DNA from: the human T2T-CHM13v2.0 reference genome, Homo sapiens | Strand: one strand, 5' to 3' | DNA: 64,000 nt | Assembly (NCBI RefSeq): GCF_009914755.1 | Contig: NC_060941.1 | Part shown: piece by piece, positions 60,836 to 64,000 of the stretch | Layout of the letters: every line of letters begins with the position of its first letter | Numbering within the stretch: the first letter of the stretch is position 1 | Made by a program: the position numbers and the translations under genes | The notes under the pieces: model-generated | Databases searched by the model: none | Told to the model about the DNA's origin: nothing | The model's input: the letters and a program-made list of their open reading frames with translations, nothing else

Positions 60836-61411
60836 CTGAGGAGCGCGAACCCGAGGGAGTGGGGCGTGGGGCTGGGAGGCGAGGCGAAAGGGAGAGGGCT
60901 CGGTGGGGGGTCATGACTGCCTGGTGGGGACCCTGGGGACAGGGGCAGCCGCAGGTTGACGATCTGGGTTCCTTCACCGACCACGCACGAAGGGTGGGGG
61001 GAGGTCTGCTTCAGTCTTTCCCGCGCCCCTCCAGCGCCCCCACGTGGAAACTTCTGACCACCTCGTTTCCCCTCCCAGAGCGCCGGCGTGGCGAGATCCA
61101 GGCTGGGCTGGAGCTGGGTCCTGGACTTGGAAAGGCCTGTCCCTGGATAGAGGAACAGGAGATAAAGCAGGGGCAGGGCTGCCACGGGCAGGGGGCCTGG
61201 GTGTCCTCGGGCACGTAGTGCGGCCCTTCTAGTGGCGGGGAGGGTGGTGGGTAAAGGTAGCCAGGAGTGCTTGACTGGGACTTTGCACCCTGCGCTTGGC
61301 CCTCTCCCGCTGTGATGGTTTAAGACTTCGGAAAAAACAACTCTTGCCCCAAGTCTTTGAGGTTCCTTTCATGCATTCATTCACTGATTCTGGATTTACT
61401 GAACACCTTTA

Positions 61412-61795
<384 letters not shown>

Positions 61796-62156
61796 CCGCA
61801 GTGTGGAAAGTGCCATGGCAGGGCACTTGGGGGAAAAGGAGGAACCTAGGACTCCCTTTACCTCATTGATAATGCGGGTGTGCTCAGACACTTGTCCTAG
61901 AGAGAACACTTAGGGTTTGGAAAAGCGGATCTCTAGGTCCACAGTGTAGATGGAACAAACAGAGCCCTTGCCCTCTGTGCCCAGAGGTTGTGTGGGCAGA
62001 TGCCTTTGCCCATATTCGTGGCAGGCGGTTTGGCCCAAGCCTGCTTTGGTCTTGGCATTTCTAGCCCCTCAGTTATGCCCCGTGTGTCTCTGAAAGGGCC
62101 TGAAGGTATTGCCCAGTTTCAGAAAGAAATTCTCACCACTAGCGGATCAGAGTTCT

Positions 62157-62458
<302 letters not shown>

Positions 62459-64000
62459 TAGACAAGGTTGAGCATACAAGGACCTTAAAGGTAGATTTCA
62501 GAAGCAGAGGGAGCCAGGCTGAGGGAGGCTGGTGAAGCCCCTCTGTTGGGGCATGTGGGGTCTTCTCCTGACCCTGGCCTCAAATGTGGCCCTGAAGAAG
62601 TCTCCCTCCAGAGTGCGTATTCCTCCCGGAAGCCTGTGTGCTATCAAGTCACCAGCGTCTGACCCCATTAGTGAGAGAAGAGAAGCTTATGATTAACATC
62701 AACCTTTTCTTCCTGGATCTTGGTTAGCAAGTGCGAGAGAAAAGTGAACAGCTAATTGCAAATGTAATTATAATGCACTGTCCTCTGTCTACCACGTGGA
62801 GCCTCCAGACCCCAGTGTCTGCAGAACGGTTTGTTTCTCTTATCAGGGAGGACTCTGGAGCCAGCCACATGGAGACAGCACCCACGGGTTGGGGACTTGG
62901 CTGGCGGGGACTTGGTATGAGGGGCGCACGGAGCTGCCCTTTTGGGATTGACCCTCCATCCTGCTCTCTCTGGCTGGACCAGAACCCCTGAGCTGATGGA
63001 GCTGGGGGCAGCAGCTGTGGGGGATGAGAGGCTGCCCAGTGTGTCTGTGGTCTGGGAGAGCAGGGGTTAGTCTTGGGGTGGGGAGGGAAGAACCCCAGTC
63101 CCTTTCTGGCCTCATGTGTGAGCACTCAATCAGGGAGCAGAGATGGCTAGAGAAGGCAAGTAAATGATTCTCTAAGTCCTTAGGGTTGACTTCCCAGGAA
63201 GCGTCCAGGTCTGGAGTTGGGACCCTAGGCTCTGCGGTCTTGGCTGGGCTGGCTCCCCATTCCTGCAGTTCTGCCCCTGCAGATGGAAACAGCTGGAAAG
63301 TTTTAGGGCACAGTTGCCCTGTGCCTCGCACTAGATGTGGGGCCTTTAAAGAACTTCCCTTTAGGGGCTGTACGATCTTCATGTCTTGGTACTTTCCCTC
63401 CACTTGTCTGCAGACTCCTCTTCTCCCTCCACTATTTCCTTGTTTTGCCTTCAGCTCTGAGTGACACTAGGCATGACCTTTCTTCTCTTTGAGACTCATC
63501 TGTAAAATGGAAAGTTTGTTGAATAGGAAGATCTGAGATTCTAAGTGAGGTGGATTGGAGATATCATTTGGAGTAAGTATGTATCTCGGACGGGCAGAGA
63601 GGGAGAGAGGGAGGGGGCAGAGGAGAGGAATAGTCTGAGTGCCACCTTTATGGTTAAGTAAACCATCATAGACAGGGATGCCCTATACAGTTGTGCAGGT
63701 TGAGCACTGCCCAAAGGTGCCTGGCTGAGGCAGATCATGGAGGCTGAAATTCAGCCCTGCTCATTTCACCAAACCAACCGCTTGGGCCTCACCTGCACCA
63801 TTCAAGGAAGGGCTGCCTTTTCCCGTTTCACACAGATGTGCCTTATGGGCTAGCACAGGCCCTGATAAAGCCAGACTGGGGGGACAGATGATGAAATATT
63901 AGAGCAGAAATCCAAAGGGGATGATGGAACTTATCTTGTCCCCAAATAGGCATCCTTTGACCCCTAATTAAAATGCCTGTGCCAAGCATGGGGAAATAAG

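Larger units (their letters stand above)
59960..61225. promoter_or_regulatory. CpG island about 3 kb upstream of the TAC4 start codon
   Basis: Abrupt rise in GC and CpG density, GC-box-like motifs (GGGGCGGG, CTCCGCCC), no recognisable coding exon. Confidence 0.85.

Overview
Human (primate) genomic DNA, very rich in Alu elements, that I recognise from the translated exons as the KAT7 (HBO1/MYST2)-TAC4 locus. Bases 990-36603 (+) carry coding exons 2-15 of the histone acetyltransferase KAT7. All 14 exons have AG/GT boundaries and join in frame (1821 nt, which with the 15-nt exon-1 portion outside the window gives 611 aa plus stop), followed by a 3' UTR with several poly(A) signals. KAT7 intron 2 holds a full-length SRP14 processed pseudogene with an open 110-codon frame. 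Convergent on the - strand is the complete 5-exon tachykinin precursor TAC4 (57117-47743, 113 aa; hemokinin-1/endokinins). A CpG island at about 60.0-61.2 kb has no coding gene and contains two small local duplications and a MIR with an intact B-box. The rest is Alu, L1, L2, MIR, Tigger-type MER and MaLR LTR sequence. I found no wholly new gene system. The best leads are RNA-processing features (a recursive-splice-type KAT7 exon 6, a potential stop-free exon 3-4 circle, transposon-donated poly(A) signals, inverted Alus in an extended 3' UTR) and evolutionary fossils (an SRP14 retrocopy lacking the poly-Ala tail, an orphan mini-retroposon, a CpG-decay duplicate). Repeat boundaries and subfamily names are by-eye approximations, and reference protein comparisons are from memory.
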